From NCBI GenBank assembly GCA_036391995.1, contig DASVYU010000021.1, positions 1 to 40,158 of the forward strand: a stretch of 40,158 nucleotides of DNA, given 5' to 3'. This document shows positions 8,854 through 17,387 of the stretch, one piece after another. Position 1 is the first letter of the stretch; the number at the start of each line of letters is the position of its first letter. Both the position numbers and the translations under genes were made by a program. Under the pieces are notes generated by a model. That model worked only from the letters and a program-made list of their open reading frames with translations. It was not told the DNA's origin and made no database searches. This stretch comes from Patescibacteria group bacterium. GTDB lineage: Bacteria; Patescibacteriota; Minisyncoccia; Moranbacterales; GWC2-37-73.

Positions 8854-8971
8854 AGAATTTGTGTGATGCTAATCTACGAATGCAACACTAATCTACGAAT
8901 TGCGAATGGATTCAAGTTTGTTTTATTCGCAATTTGCGGATTGGCATTTATTGGCGGATTAGCATATTTAA
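8854..8971. promoter_or_regulatory. Paralogous intergenic element E3, upstream of ssb
   Basis: gatgctaatctacgaatgcaacactaatctacgaattgcgaatgg ... attcgcaatttgcggattggcatttattggcggattagcata. Confidence 0.6.
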
Positions 8972-9577
8972 TTAGATGTTGAGCAATTCGTCCAGCTGCT
9001 TGTCGATGTCCTTGGACTCGGCTTCTTTCTTGCTCTTTTTTGGAGCTTCTTTCACCTCTTCAACTTTGGTTTCCTCGACTTTTTCTTCTTTGACTTCTTC
9101 CTTAATTTCAGCTATAGGCTTAACTTCCTCTTTGACTGCTTCCTTGGCTTCTGGCTTTGGGGCAGCTTTCTTTTCTGGGCGCTGAGCTTTGACTGGAGCT
9201 TGCTTGGCATTTCCGAGCTCTTGCTCTTTGCGGCGCTGCTTGGCTCCGAGATCTGGCAGATCTTCAGTCTTCACGATCAGGAAGCGGAGCACATCATTGT
9301 TGAGGTTCAGTTTGTTGGTGATGGCTTGGATGCCGAATTCTTTCTCAGCATTCTTTTCGTCAGCCCAATATTCGACCTCAGGAAGTTCGAAACGGCGGGT
9401 GATGTAGGTTCCGCGATTCTGGTGCTTGATTTCATAGGCAAGCTTCCTTTTTTCAACAATCTCTTCTTCGAGTATTGTTGCTCCTTCTTGAGTGAGCATG
9501 GCGCTCACGCTATTGCGGATCGCGTCGAGATTGGCCTCTTGGCGTTCTCCGACGAGATAGAACAGTTCGTACTGCAT
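8972..9577 (-). CDS. rpsF: 30S ribosomal protein S6 with a long K/E/A-rich C-terminal extension
   Basis: The S6 core begins at MQYELFYLVGERQ (ATG at 9577; the ORF tool start at 9592 adds MYNKI). A low-complexity KEEVKEE tail of about 90 aa follows. Confidence 0.85.
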   Translation of the reverse strand: MQYELFYLVGERQEANLDAIRNSVSAMLTQEGATILEEEIVEKRKLAYEIKHQNRGTYITRRFELPEVEYWADEKNAEKEFGIQAITNKLNLNNDVLRFLIVKTEDLPDLGAKQRRKEQELGNAKQAPVKAQRPEKKAAPKPEAKEAVKEEVKPIAEIKEEVKEEKVEETKVEEVKEAPKKSKKEAESKDIDKQLDELLNI

Positions 9578-9598
9578 AATTTTATTATACATTATTTA

Positions 9599-9660
9599 TT
9601 AACGGGTTAACGGGTTAACGCGTTAGGGATTCCAACTCGTGAACTCGTGAACTCGTGAAC
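9599..9660. promoter_or_regulatory. Upstream module, left copy: 3x CCGTTAAC-type tandem octamers and 3x CTCGTGAA tandem octamers; reads toward rpsF
   Basis: ttaacgggttaacgggttaacgcgtta ... aactcgtgaactcgtgaactcgtgaa. The reverse complement is present at 16120-16182. The distance from the GTTAAC repeats to the rpsF ATG is 21 nt. Confidence 0.6.
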
Positions 9661-9735
9661 TGTTGAATAAATAAACCCTCCAATAAAGAAAGCCGCGCCT
9701 TTTGGAGGATTCTTCCGACTTATCCTTTTGTTAAG

Positions 9736-9758
9736 CCCCGAAGGGGTCCCTTCGGGAC
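9736..9758. other. Two adjacent tetraloop-type hairpins in an untranslated region
   Basis: ccccgaagggg followed by gtcccttcgggac, a C(UUCG)G-type loop, between divergent rpsF and the island promoter. Confidence 0.3.
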
Positions 9759-9822
9759 AAAAAAGGCGAGTCAGAATCGGACTTTCTAAATTGTTTAAAT
9801 AGTATACACTATTGACATAATT

Positions 9823-9857
9823 TGTCAAATATGCTAGATTACACAGTTCACATTTTT
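9823..9857 (+). promoter_or_regulatory. Candidate promoter with an overlapping palindromic operator, for the flotillin island
   Basis: TTGACAtaattTGTCAA (an inverted repeat over the -35), a 17-nt spacer, then TAGATT. Further inverted repeats downstream: gagtatttttt/aaaaaatactc and ctggaa-N6-ttccag. Confidence 0.4.
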
Positions 9858-10019
9858 GATCTTTAGAGTATTTTTTGTAGTGCGAAAAAATATAAAAAAT
9901 ACTCTGGAAGTCAATTTCCAGGCTAGCAATCTTTACAACTGAATTAATGAAATGAAAGGAGGGAAAAGGATTTGAGATTGTAAAATCCAAGAGAGGACTG
10001 AGTGGAAGTTAAACATCAA

Positions 10020-11981
10020 CGACAAGAAAAGGAGAGTAAGATGAAAGAAATGATTCCGCATTTGCCCTCATGGATCCCGTACCTGCTGTTTCTTCTGCCC
10101 GTTGCCTTCTGCATCGTCTTCTACCGTCTCGTGATCCGGATCGGCGGAGTGGTCATCATTCCGGAAGATTCCATAGGGATCGTGAACAAGAAGTTTGTGC
10201 TCTGGGGGACAAACAAGAACTTGCCCGACGGCAAGATCATCGCCCTCAATGGCGAGGCTGGCTGGCAGGCCGACGCGCTTGCTCCCGGTGTGCATTACCG
10301 GAAGTGGCCATGGCAGTACGAGATCAAGATTGAGAAGATGTTCGTCGTGCCGGCTGGTAATATCGCTACTGTGTATGCCAGAGACGGCGTCGCGATCGAG
10401 GGAGGCCGAGTTCTCGGCAGGAAGGTTAACTGCGACACATTCCAGGATGCCAGGAAGTTTCTGGTAAACGGAGGGGAGCGCGGTCAGCAGATCGCCTTCA
10501 TTCCCCAGGGAACATACCGTATCAACACCGCTCTGTTTGAAGTAAAGACGGAAAAGGTCTACGAAGTTCCGAGCGGGAAAGTCGGCGTTATCACGACCAA
10601 GGATGGCAAAGAACTGCCCAAGGACGAGATCGCCGGTGAGAAAGTAGATGGGCACGATTCCTACCAGAACGGCCAGGCTTTTATGGACAATGGCGGCTGG
10701 AAAGGGCGTCAGGCGCAGGTCATTCTTGCCGGACGGTATTTTATCAACCCGTTCTTTGCCGAAGTGGAACTGGTCGACATGACGGAGGTTCAGATCGCGC
10801 ATGTAGGCGTCGTCATCCAGCTCTACGGCAAGGCTGGTACCGATGTTTCCGGTGATGATTTCCAGCATGCCAGCCTGGTTGGACAGGGAGAGAAGGGCGT
10901 CTGGAGGGACCCACTTGACCCTGGTCTCTATGCGATCAACCCCTGTACCCACAAGGTTGTCCAGGTGCCCACGCAAAACATCGTCCTTAACTGGGCCGAT
11001 GATACCTTTGAATCGCACAGGTATGACGAAAAACTGAGCTCGATCACTGTCCGTTCCATGGACGGTTTCAGCTTCACGCTGAACGTCAGCCAGATCATCC
11101 ACATTTCCCGTAACTATGCTTCCTACGTGATTGCGCAGTTCGGCAGCGTGGAGAGTCTGGTCAACAACGTGTTGTCGCCGCTGATCGGAAACTACTTTCG
11201 AAACAGTGCGCAGAACAGCAATGTGATCTCTTTCCTGAGCGAGCGCAACCAGCGCCAGGATCAGGCCAAGGACAAGATCCAGGAAGTTTTGACCAAGCAT
11301 CATGTCACTTCGGTCGACACGCTGATTGGCGACATTAATCCGCCGGAAGAACTGCTCGAACCGCTCAAACAGAAACAGATCGCCGAGCAGCAGAAGCTCA
11401 CCTTCGCTGTCCAGCAGGAAGCTCAGGTGGAACGGCAAAAACTGGAACAATCTAGAGCCATGGCTGAAACCCAGGCGAGCGTCGTTTCTTCGGAGCGCCA
11501 GGTGGCGATCAAAAAGTTCGGTGCTGAAGCTGTCCAGGAAGAAGCCAAGGGTACGGCCGGCGCCAAGACGATCAACGCCAAGGCGGACGCTGAGGTGCTG
11601 AAAGTCGTCGGTATGGCCGAGGCTGAGAAAATCAAGGCTGTCGGTGGTGCCGAAGCGGATGTTATCAAGCAGAAGATTGATTCCATGGAAGCCGGTAACT
11701 ATGCCCTGGTTCTCGTGGCGGAACATCTGGCTAAAGCTGGGGTGCCCTTGGTACCGCAGATCACGGCTGGTGGAAGTGGTGGTGCTGAAGGCGGGCTGGT
11801 CAATGTCCTCCTCGGAACGCTGCTTCACGACAACCTGAAAAAGGCGGCTGTAACACCAGCTGCGGCTCCGCAGGCTGCCCATCTCGAAGCCGTAGCAGCT
11901 GCTGAACCGGCTGCAGCACCCGCTGCCTCGGCGTCCGAAGAGAGGAATGAGCCGGCTGCAGGCGAATCTGTCGAGGAATAA
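10020..11981 (+). CDS. Flotillin-like SPFH protein (YqiK/FloT family), in a high-GC island
   Basis: N-terminal TM (IPYLLFLLPVAFCIVFY), an SPFH core, and a flotillin-type C-terminal AEAE region (VVGMAEAEKIKAVGGAEADVIKQKIDSMEAGNYALVLVAEHLAKAGVPLVPQI). Strong SD (aaaaggagag) before ATG 10020. Local GC about 57%. The ORF tool start at 10002 is 6 codons longer. Confidence 0.75.
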   Translation, partial: RQEKESKMKEMIPHLPSWIPYLLFLLPVAFCIVFYRLVIRIGGVVIIPEDSIGIVNKKFVLWGTNKNLPDGKIIALNGEAGWQADALAPGVHYRKWPWQYEIKIEKMFVVPAGNIATVYARDGVAIEGGRVLGRKVNCDTFQDARKFLVNGGERGQQIAFIPQGTYRINTALFEVKTEKVYEVPSGKVGVITTKDGKELPKDEIAGEKVDGHDSYQNGQAFMDNGGWKGRQAQVILAGRYFINPFFAEVELVDMTEVQIAHVGVVIQLYGKAGTDVSGDDFQHASLVGQGEKGVWRDPLDPGLYAINPCTHKVVQVPTQNIVLNWADDTFESHRYDEKLSSITVRSMDGFSFTLNVSQIIHISRNYASYVIAQFGSVESLVNNVLSPLIGNYFRNSAQNSNVISFLSERNQRQDQAKDKIQEVLTKHHVTSVDTLIGDINPPEELLEPLKQKQIAEQQKLTFAVQQEAQVERQKLEQSRAMAETQASVVSSERQVAIKKFGAEAVQEEAKGTAGAKTINAKADAEVLKVVGMAEAEKIKAVGGAEADVIKQKIDSMEAGNYALVLVAEHLAKAGVPLVPQITAGGSGGAEGGLVNVLLGTLLHDNLKKAAVTPAAAPQAAHLEAVAAAEPAAAPAASASEERNEPAAGESVEE

Positions 11982-11997
11982 CGAACCGCAAGGTTCA

Positions 11998-12031
11998 CTG
12001 TCGAGGGGTGGAGCGGATTCGCTTCACCCCT
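11998..12031 (+). other. Compound hairpin between the flotillin gene and the small gene
   Basis: GAGGGGTG-gagcggattcgctt-CACCCCTC; an 8-bp stem enclosing an inner AGCG/CGCT hairpin. Confidence 0.4.
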
Positions 12032-12056
12032 CATTTCATAGGAGGAAAATCTCGCA

Positions 12057-12508
12057 TGAAAAGAGCTCCATTGTTTTGCAAGGGCGTAATCATCGTCTGT
12101 GAAGACTTCCGACTTCATCAGCGCCCTGATGGAAGCAATGTCGTGGCGGAGCTCGTCAAAAAGCTTGGCTACGATTGCGACATCATTACGCGTGGGGGAG
12201 GGATTCTTGATCTCGTTTCTCCTGAAGACGTTGGAGCGGGATTCGACAGATCAATGATGCGTGACATCAAGGTGGCGGAAATTCTTCATCAGGCCGAGGA
12301 AATCACGATCATCGGTCATGAGGACTGCCGCGCCTACGGTTACCGGCATATGCCCACAATGCAGGCTGAACTGAATCTGATTCATGCTGACATGCGTCGT
12401 GGCGCCAGCGTGCTGAAACGTATCTTTCCGAAAGCGAACGTATCTCTCCAGGTTGCAAGACTTCTGGCGGGATCTGTCGACAAGTTTGAACTTACGAAAC
12501 TTGCGTAA
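12057..12508 (+). CDS. Small hypothetical protein with beta-carbonic-anhydrase-like (Cab-type) C-x-D-x-R ... H-x-x-C motifs
   Basis: VIIVCEDFRL ... ITRGGG ... IIGHEDCRAYG. The spacing roughly resembles small beta-class carbonic anhydrases, but the assignment is tentative. SD ggagga before ATG 12057. High GC. Confidence 0.3.
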
Positions 12509-12530
12509 GAATCGACATGCAATTGCAATG

Positions 12531-12561
12531 CCCTACTGAGCAATCGGTAGGGTGTTTTTTT
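12531..12561 (+). terminator. Rho-independent terminator
   Basis: CCCTAC-tgagcaatcg-GTAGGG followed by a T7 run. Confidence 0.6.
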
Positions 12562-12659
12562 ATTCAATAAATATTGACAGATCATTTGATTTATGATACG
12601 TTTTTAAGTTCGCAGTTCGTTGTTATTATCAAAAAACACTCCAAAGGGGGAGCGACCAA

Positions 12660-13781
12660 ATGGCAAACTTGATCAAAGTGTGGTGGAAAAGAAGTTTTTT
12701 CAGAAGAATGTGGCGGGAAACATATGGACATCACTCTTCTGGAAACAATGAATATGTCCAGATGGGCAGCACTAAAGTTGAGAGATCAAGGGAATTGGAG
12801 GGAGAATCTCAGATAAAGTTGTCTGAGCCTCCACAGTCATCTCCCAAACCGATGACTGAATCGGAATTCAGATGTCTGCTCGGAGGAATCAGTGACTTCA
12901 AAGAGCTGAAAAGCCAGTATGACAGCTGTCCTTCACAATTTGATCCGATTATTGGCGAGAGACTGAAAAAAATTCTTTCCAACGTCACGGATATTGAAGA
13001 GTTGGAAGATGCGAGTCAGCTGGACTTCGGCGAATTCAACGAAATTATTGATGAACGATACGAGAAACTCCTCCCTGCTTTTCTTAGGGATGCATCGCTT
13101 GAAGACATCGAAGCGCGTTATGAATATTGCCCTGATCAGGAGCGTTTCGGCGAGCAGATGAAAAAGCGCTATGCAGAACTTCTGGATGAAATTGATTCAT
13201 TTGATGATCTCGAAGAACGCAGAAAGGCATGCCCGGAAGATTTCGCTGAGCTTTTTCGCGTCCCGTATCAGAAGCTTCTCTACGCGATTAGTTCGGTCGA
13301 AGAGCTTGATGATTATTTCGACAATTGTCCGGATGAGTTTGAAGATTTCTATCTAGGACCATATGACAAGTTGCTTGCTGAATTAGAAACGCTTGAAGAT
13401 CTGCAGGGGCTGTATAGAGAGTCCCATGAACACTTCGGCCCATTGTATGGCTACCATTACAAGAGGCTTCTAGAAAAGGAAGAATCTCTTGAAGGCCTTG
13501 AAGGAACATACAATGATTGCAAGGAGGATTTTGATGGACTCATAATCGTTCGCTATTCGCAGCTCCTTTGGAAAGTCGATGGCATAGATGAACTAAGTAA
13601 TCGACTTGATGAATGTCCTGCGGCGTTCAATGGTCTGATATATGCCCGTTGTCGCGAGCTTGTATTCCAGAAAATGCCGAGAATGTCGGCGAGCGAGCGC
13701 GATTCGCTGTGTGAAGACATTGCTGATGATTTCAAACCGATTGCCGTCGCTTGCCGCGATCTGTTGAATTTAGAGAAATAA
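12660..13781 (+). CDS. Novel tandem-repeat protein: 8 repeats of about 33 aa
   Basis: Repeats such as SLEDIEARYEYCPDQERFGEQMKKRYAELLDEI / DSFDDLEERRKACPEDFAELFRVPYQKLLYAI / SSVEELDDYFDNCPDEFEDFYLGPYDKLLAEL give the consensus s-h-E-E/D-L-x3-Y-x2-C-P-x2-F-x7-Y-x-K-L-L. The N-terminus is basic and aromatic (MANLIKVWWKRSFFRRMW). SD aaggggga upstream. Confidence 0.6.
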   Translation: MANLIKVWWKRSFFRRMWRETYGHHSSGNNEYVQMGSTKVERSRELEGESQIKLSEPPQSSPKPMTESEFRCLLGGISDFKELKSQYDSCPSQFDPIIGERLKKILSNVTDIEELEDASQLDFGEFNEIIDERYEKLLPAFLRDASLEDIEARYEYCPDQERFGEQMKKRYAELLDEIDSFDDLEERRKACPEDFAELFRVPYQKLLYAISSVEELDDYFDNCPDEFEDFYLGPYDKLLAELETLEDLQGLYRESHEHFGPLYGYHYKRLLEKEESLEGLEGTYNDCKEDFDGLIIVRYSQLLWKVDGIDELSNRLDECPAAFNGLIYARCRELVFQKMPRMSASERDSLCEDIADDFKPIAVACRDLLNLEK

Positions 13782-13802
13782 TATTTTCCGAAATCGGAAG
13801 CA

Positions 13803-13833
13803 GCCCTACTGGGAAAATAGTAGGGCTTTTTTA
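13803..13833 (+). terminator. Rho-independent terminator
   Basis: AGCCCTAC-tgggaaaata-GTAGGGCT followed by T6; the same CCCTAC/GTAGGG stem family as the terminator at 12531. Confidence 0.65.
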
Positions 13834-13987
13834 TGGACAATTCGGTTGTAGAGTTGTAATATATATAACTAAGTCTAAGTTTTAAATTTTAAGTTTGAAA
13901 TGAGTTTTAAATGACTAAATGTTTTAAAACTTAGGCATTTAGGATTGAATTAAAATTTAAAAATTAGCCCTTAAAACTTGTGTAGTC

Positions 13988-15946
13988 ATGGATTTTGAGA
14001 TTTCTAGCAAATATAAGCCTGCCGGCGATCAGCCGCAGGCCATTGAATTGCTCACATACGGGCTGGAACATCAGCAGAAGTTTCAGACGCTTTTGGGTGT
14101 GACTGGATCGGGCAAGACTTTCACGATTGCCAATGTGATCGAGAATGTGCAGAAGCCCACTTTGGTGATCGCGCCCAACAAGACTTTGGCAGCGCAGCTG
14201 GTGCAAGAATTTCGCACCTTCTTTCCCAAGAACGCTGTGGAATATTTCGTGTCCTATTACGACTATTATCAGCCGGAAGCCTACATCGCTTCGACTGATA
14301 CATATATCGAAAAGGAAGTACAGATCAATGATGAGATCGACAGATTGCGTCATGCTGCAACCTCCGCTTTGCTTTCCAGGCGCGATGTGATCATCGTTGC
14401 ATCGGTTTCCTGCATCTACGGCTTGGGAAGCCCGGACTATTATCGTGAAGGGACTGTTTCGGTTGTTGTCGGAGAAAAAGCTTCACGCGAAGCGATCATG
14501 AAAGGCATGATAGATATGCAATATCATCGCAGTGAGGTTCTGGAGCGCGGCAAGTTCCGCGTGATCGGCGACACGATCGAAGTGATCACGCCTGGCAGAG
14601 AGATCGTGTCACGCATCGAATTGGAAGATGGCTTGGTCAAAAGAATCCAAGAATATGATTTCCTGACGGGCGAAAAACTGGGAGATCTCAAGCAGACGCT
14701 TATTTATCCAGCCAAACATTTTGTGGTGCCAGAACCTGTCATGCAGGCAGCACTGGAAGAGATTGAACAGGAAGCCAAGGAAAGAGTGGAATATTTCAAA
14801 GCCAAAGGCAAGCTTCTGGAAGCGGAGAGGATTTCTCGCAGAACCAAACAGGATCTGGAGATGATGCGCGAGATCGGCTATTGCAATGGCGTGGAGAATT
14901 ATTCGCGCTATCTGACAGGCCGTAATGAAGGCGAGCCGCCATACACTTTGGTGGATTATTTCCCGGAAGATTTTCTTTTGGTGATCGATGAATCGCACGT
15001 GACCATCCCGCAGCTTAGTGCCATGTATAACGGGGATCGTGCCAGAAAAGAAGCGCTGATCGAAAACGGCTTCCGTCTGCCGAGCGCTTTTGACAATCGC
15101 CCGCTCAAATTTCCGGAATTCGAATCGCACATCAACCAGCTCATTTTCACTTCGGCTACTCCTGGAGCATATGAGAAGCAGAATTCTTCCCAGATGGTGG
15201 AACAGATCATCCGCCCGACGGGGCTCATCGACCCGGAGCTCATCATCAGGCCAGCCAAGGGGCAGGTCAAAGATGTGCTGCCTGAAATAGAGAAGGTCAT
15301 CGAGAAAAAGGAACGCGTCTTGATCACGACGCTCACTAAGAAGATGGCGGAGGATCTGGCGGAATTCTTGAAGGAACATGGCATCAAATGCGAGTATCTG
15401 CATTCCAGTGTGGACACTCTGGATCGCATCAGGATATTGGAAGGCCTCAGGCGAGGGGATTTCGACGTGCTGGTGGGAGTCAATCTTCTGCGCGAAGGCT
15501 TGGATCTGCCGGAAGTTTCCCTGGTAGCCATTCTGGATGCGGACAAGGAAGGATTCTTGCGCAGCGAGACTTCGCTCATCCAGACCATAGGCCGCGCCGC
15601 GCGTAACGTGAACGGCAGAGTGCTTCTCTATGCTGACAACATGACCGGCTCCATGCAGAGGGCGATCGATGAGACCAATCGCCGCCGGGAGAAGCAGCTG
15701 GCCTACAACAAGAAGCACGGCATCACCCCTAAGACTATCCAGAAGAACATCAAATCCATCGTGGATCACGAGATCAACCCCCAGGTACCGACTGATTTTT
15801 CACAAGTGGAATCCCTAGAGGACATTGCTGGCTACATCAAACAGAAAGAGAAAGAGATGAAAGACGCGGCCCGTGCCCTGGAGTTCGAGAAAGCGGCTCT
15901 TATCCGCGATGAGATTTCCCAGCTCAGGAAATTGCAAATAAAATAG
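13988..15946 (+). CDS. uvrB: Excinuclease ABC subunit B
   Basis: Helicase motifs (GVTGSGKTF; DESH), a beta-hairpin region and a C-terminal UVR domain ([18 protein letters not shown]). Confidence 0.95.
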   Translation: MDFEISSKYKPAGDQPQAIELLTYGLEHQQKFQTLLGVTGSGKTFTIANVIENVQKPTLVIAPNKTLAAQLVQEFRTFFPKNAVEYFVSYYDYYQPEAYIASTDTYIEKEVQINDEIDRLRHAATSALLSRRDVIIVASVSCIYGLGSPDYYREGTVSVVVGEKASREAIMKGMIDMQYHRSEVLERGKFRVIGDTIEVITPGREIVSRIELEDGLVKRIQEYDFLTGEKLGDLKQTLIYPAKHFVVPEPVMQAALEEIEQEAKERVEYFKAKGKLLEAERISRRTKQDLEMMREIGYCNGVENYSRYLTGRNEGEPPYTLVDYFPEDFLLVIDESHVTIPQLSAMYNGDRARKEALIENGFRLPSAFDNRPLKFPEFESHINQLIFTSATPGAYEKQNSSQMVEQIIRPTGLIDPELIIRPAKGQVKDVLPEIEKVIEKKERVLITTLTKKMAEDLAEFLKEHGIKCEYLHSSVDTLDRIRILEGLRRGDFDVLVGVNLLREGLDLPEVSLVAILDADKEGFLRSETSLIQTIGRAARNVNGRVLLYADNMTGSMQRAIDETNRRREKQLAYNKKHGITPKTIQKNIKSIVDHEINPQVPTDFSQVESLEDIAGYIKQKEKEMKDAARALEFEKAALIRDEISQLRKLQIK

Positions 15947-15954
15947 GCGTTCTT

Positions 15955-16051
15955 GCCCGCACACCAACCCAGGCGTTTTTATTTTGTGTGATTTGTTTTA
16001 TCTGCTTGTATTTATGCAATAAATATCAACATGAAAGGTTGGTGTGTGGGC
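15955..16051 (+). other. Long-range inverted repeat forming a hairpin of about 100 nt downstream of uvrB
   Basis: gcccgcacaccaaccc at 15955-15970 pairs with ggttggtgtgtgggc at 16037-16051, with one mismatch, across a U-rich interior. Confidence 0.35.
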
Positions 16052-16119
16052 TTGCGTACATTTATAATGCCTAGTAAAATACAAGAGACTCAAGGTCTCC
16101 TTTGTAGTTGGTTGAAAAG

Positions 16120-16182
16120 TTCACGAGTTCACGAGTTAGCGGGTTTATTTATCCAACGCGTTAACCCGTTAACCCGTTAACT
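16120..16182. promoter_or_regulatory. Upstream module, right copy: 2x TTCACGAG and 3x GTTAACCC-type octamers; reads toward the DsbA-like gene
   Basis: ttcacgagttcacgag ... aacgcgttaacccgttaacccgttaac is the reverse complement of 9599-9660. It sits 18 nt before ATG 16201, the same geometry as at rpsF. Confidence 0.6.
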
Positions 16183-16200
16183 GAATAATAAATATTCAAT

Positions 16201-17268
16201 ATGGAAAACGAAGACAAAAAGGCAGAAGGGAAAGTTGAGGAGAAAAAAGCAGCATCGACGACATCAGCATCTCCGGCTTGGAGCGACAAGAAGAAAACCT
16301 GCAAAGACAAGCTGTGTGCTTTCTGGGACAAGCATAAGAAAACTGTCTTGGCTGTGCTGGTACTTCTGGTTTTGGTGGGTGGCAGCTTCGCATATAAATA
16401 TTTTCCAAAAAGAACTGACATTGGTCCTGCAGCGGCAAAAACAAAATTGACTGACTTCATTAACAAGAATCTTCTGCAGCCAGGCACGACTGCTGACATA
16501 ACTGAAATCGTGAAAGAAAACGGTCTCTATAAGGTGACGGTCAGCGTGGGATCGCAGAAAATCACCGCTTATTTGACTGAAGATGGCAGCAAGTTCTTTC
16601 CTCAAGTGATTGATCTCGATGCTGCTCCCAAGCAAGACAATCAACAGGCAGCGAATGAAAAAAGCGCACCTGATCAAAAACAGGATGTTCCGGAAGTGAA
16701 ACTTTTCGTGATGAGCTACTGCCCATATGGACTTCAAATGGAAAAAGGATTGTTGCCTGCCATTGAATCTCTTGGTAGCAAGATCAAATTCAGTTTGGAA
16801 TTTGTTGATTACACGCTGCATGGACAGAAGGAAGTTGATGAGAACACTAGACAATACTGTATCCAGAAAACTCAGCCGGCTAAATTGGACAGCTACCTTA
16901 AATGCTTCTGGAAAGATGCTTCCGGCGCGTCTGATGCTTGCATGAAATCTGTTGGCATCAATACTGCCCAGGTTTCCAGCTGCGTAAGCGATACCAATAA
17001 GCAGTTTGCTCTAACAGAGAAAGACTACGGTATCAACAAGGATGACAATGATAAATACGGTGTGCAAGGATCTCCTACGCTTGTGGTCAATGGTACGACT
17101 GTTTCCTCTGGGCGTGATAGCGCTAGCGTGCTGAAAGCTATCTGCAGCGGATTTAATAATGCCCCAAAAGAATGTTCAGCTGCGCTTTCTTCTACTGCGC
17201 CAGCCCCAGGTTTTGATAGCCAGGGAGCAGGCAGCGGATCTGCAAGCTCTGCAGCATCTTGCCACTGA
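16201..17268 (+). CDS. Membrane-anchored DsbA-family thioredoxin-fold protein with a degenerate CPYG active site
   Basis: TM anchor (VLAVLVLLVLVGG). A thioredoxin_4/DsbA-like C-domain with FVMSYCPYG, i.e. a single Cys where CxxC is expected, and a cis-Pro motif VQGSPTLVVNG. Confidence 0.6.
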   Translation: MENEDKKAEGKVEEKKAASTTSASPAWSDKKKTCKDKLCAFWDKHKKTVLAVLVLLVLVGGSFAYKYFPKRTDIGPAAAKTKLTDFINKNLLQPGTTADITEIVKENGLYKVTVSVGSQKITAYLTEDGSKFFPQVIDLDAAPKQDNQQAANEKSAPDQKQDVPEVKLFVMSYCPYGLQMEKGLLPAIESLGSKIKFSLEFVDYTLHGQKEVDENTRQYCIQKTQPAKLDSYLKCFWKDASGASDACMKSVGINTAQVSSCVSDTNKQFALTEKDYGINKDDNDKYGVQGSPTLVVNGTTVSSGRDSASVLKAICSGFNNAPKECSAALSSTAPAPGFDSQGAGSGSASSAASCH

Positions 17269-17283
17269 TCCGAACTTTTTTTG

Positions 17284-17312
17284 AAAGCCATCTGTTGAGG
17301 ATGGCTTTTTTA
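17284..17312 (+). terminator. Rho-independent terminator
   Basis: AAGCCATC-tgttgag-GATGGCTT followed by a T6 run. Confidence 0.6.
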
Positions 17313-17387
17313 TTGCTGAAATTAAAGTTGGCAGGGCATGTATTACATGGCAACGATTTGACCGAAAAAAGAAAAAGGAGGTGTGCC

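Noticed and set aside
10068-11882. A 604-aa antisense ORF, and further 60-90-aa ORFs, overlapping the flotillin gene
   Set aside because: They are an artefact of the stop-codon-poor high-GC island. The translation is low-complexity (R/S/L/D-rich) and the sense strand encodes a clear flotillin.
14609-15769. A 386-aa antisense ORF inside uvrB, and similar antisense ORFs inside uvrA, uvrA2 and copA
   Set aside because: They are fully embedded antisense to strongly supported conserved genes, which is typical shadow-ORF behaviour.
9599-16182. The inverted-repeat pair interpreted as terminal inverted repeats of a 6.6-kb mobile element
   Set aside because: The enclosed segment includes core uvrB of native composition. 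Both copies keep identical spacing (18-21 nt) and orientation relative to a downstream start codon. Promoter/operator modules fit better than transposon ends.
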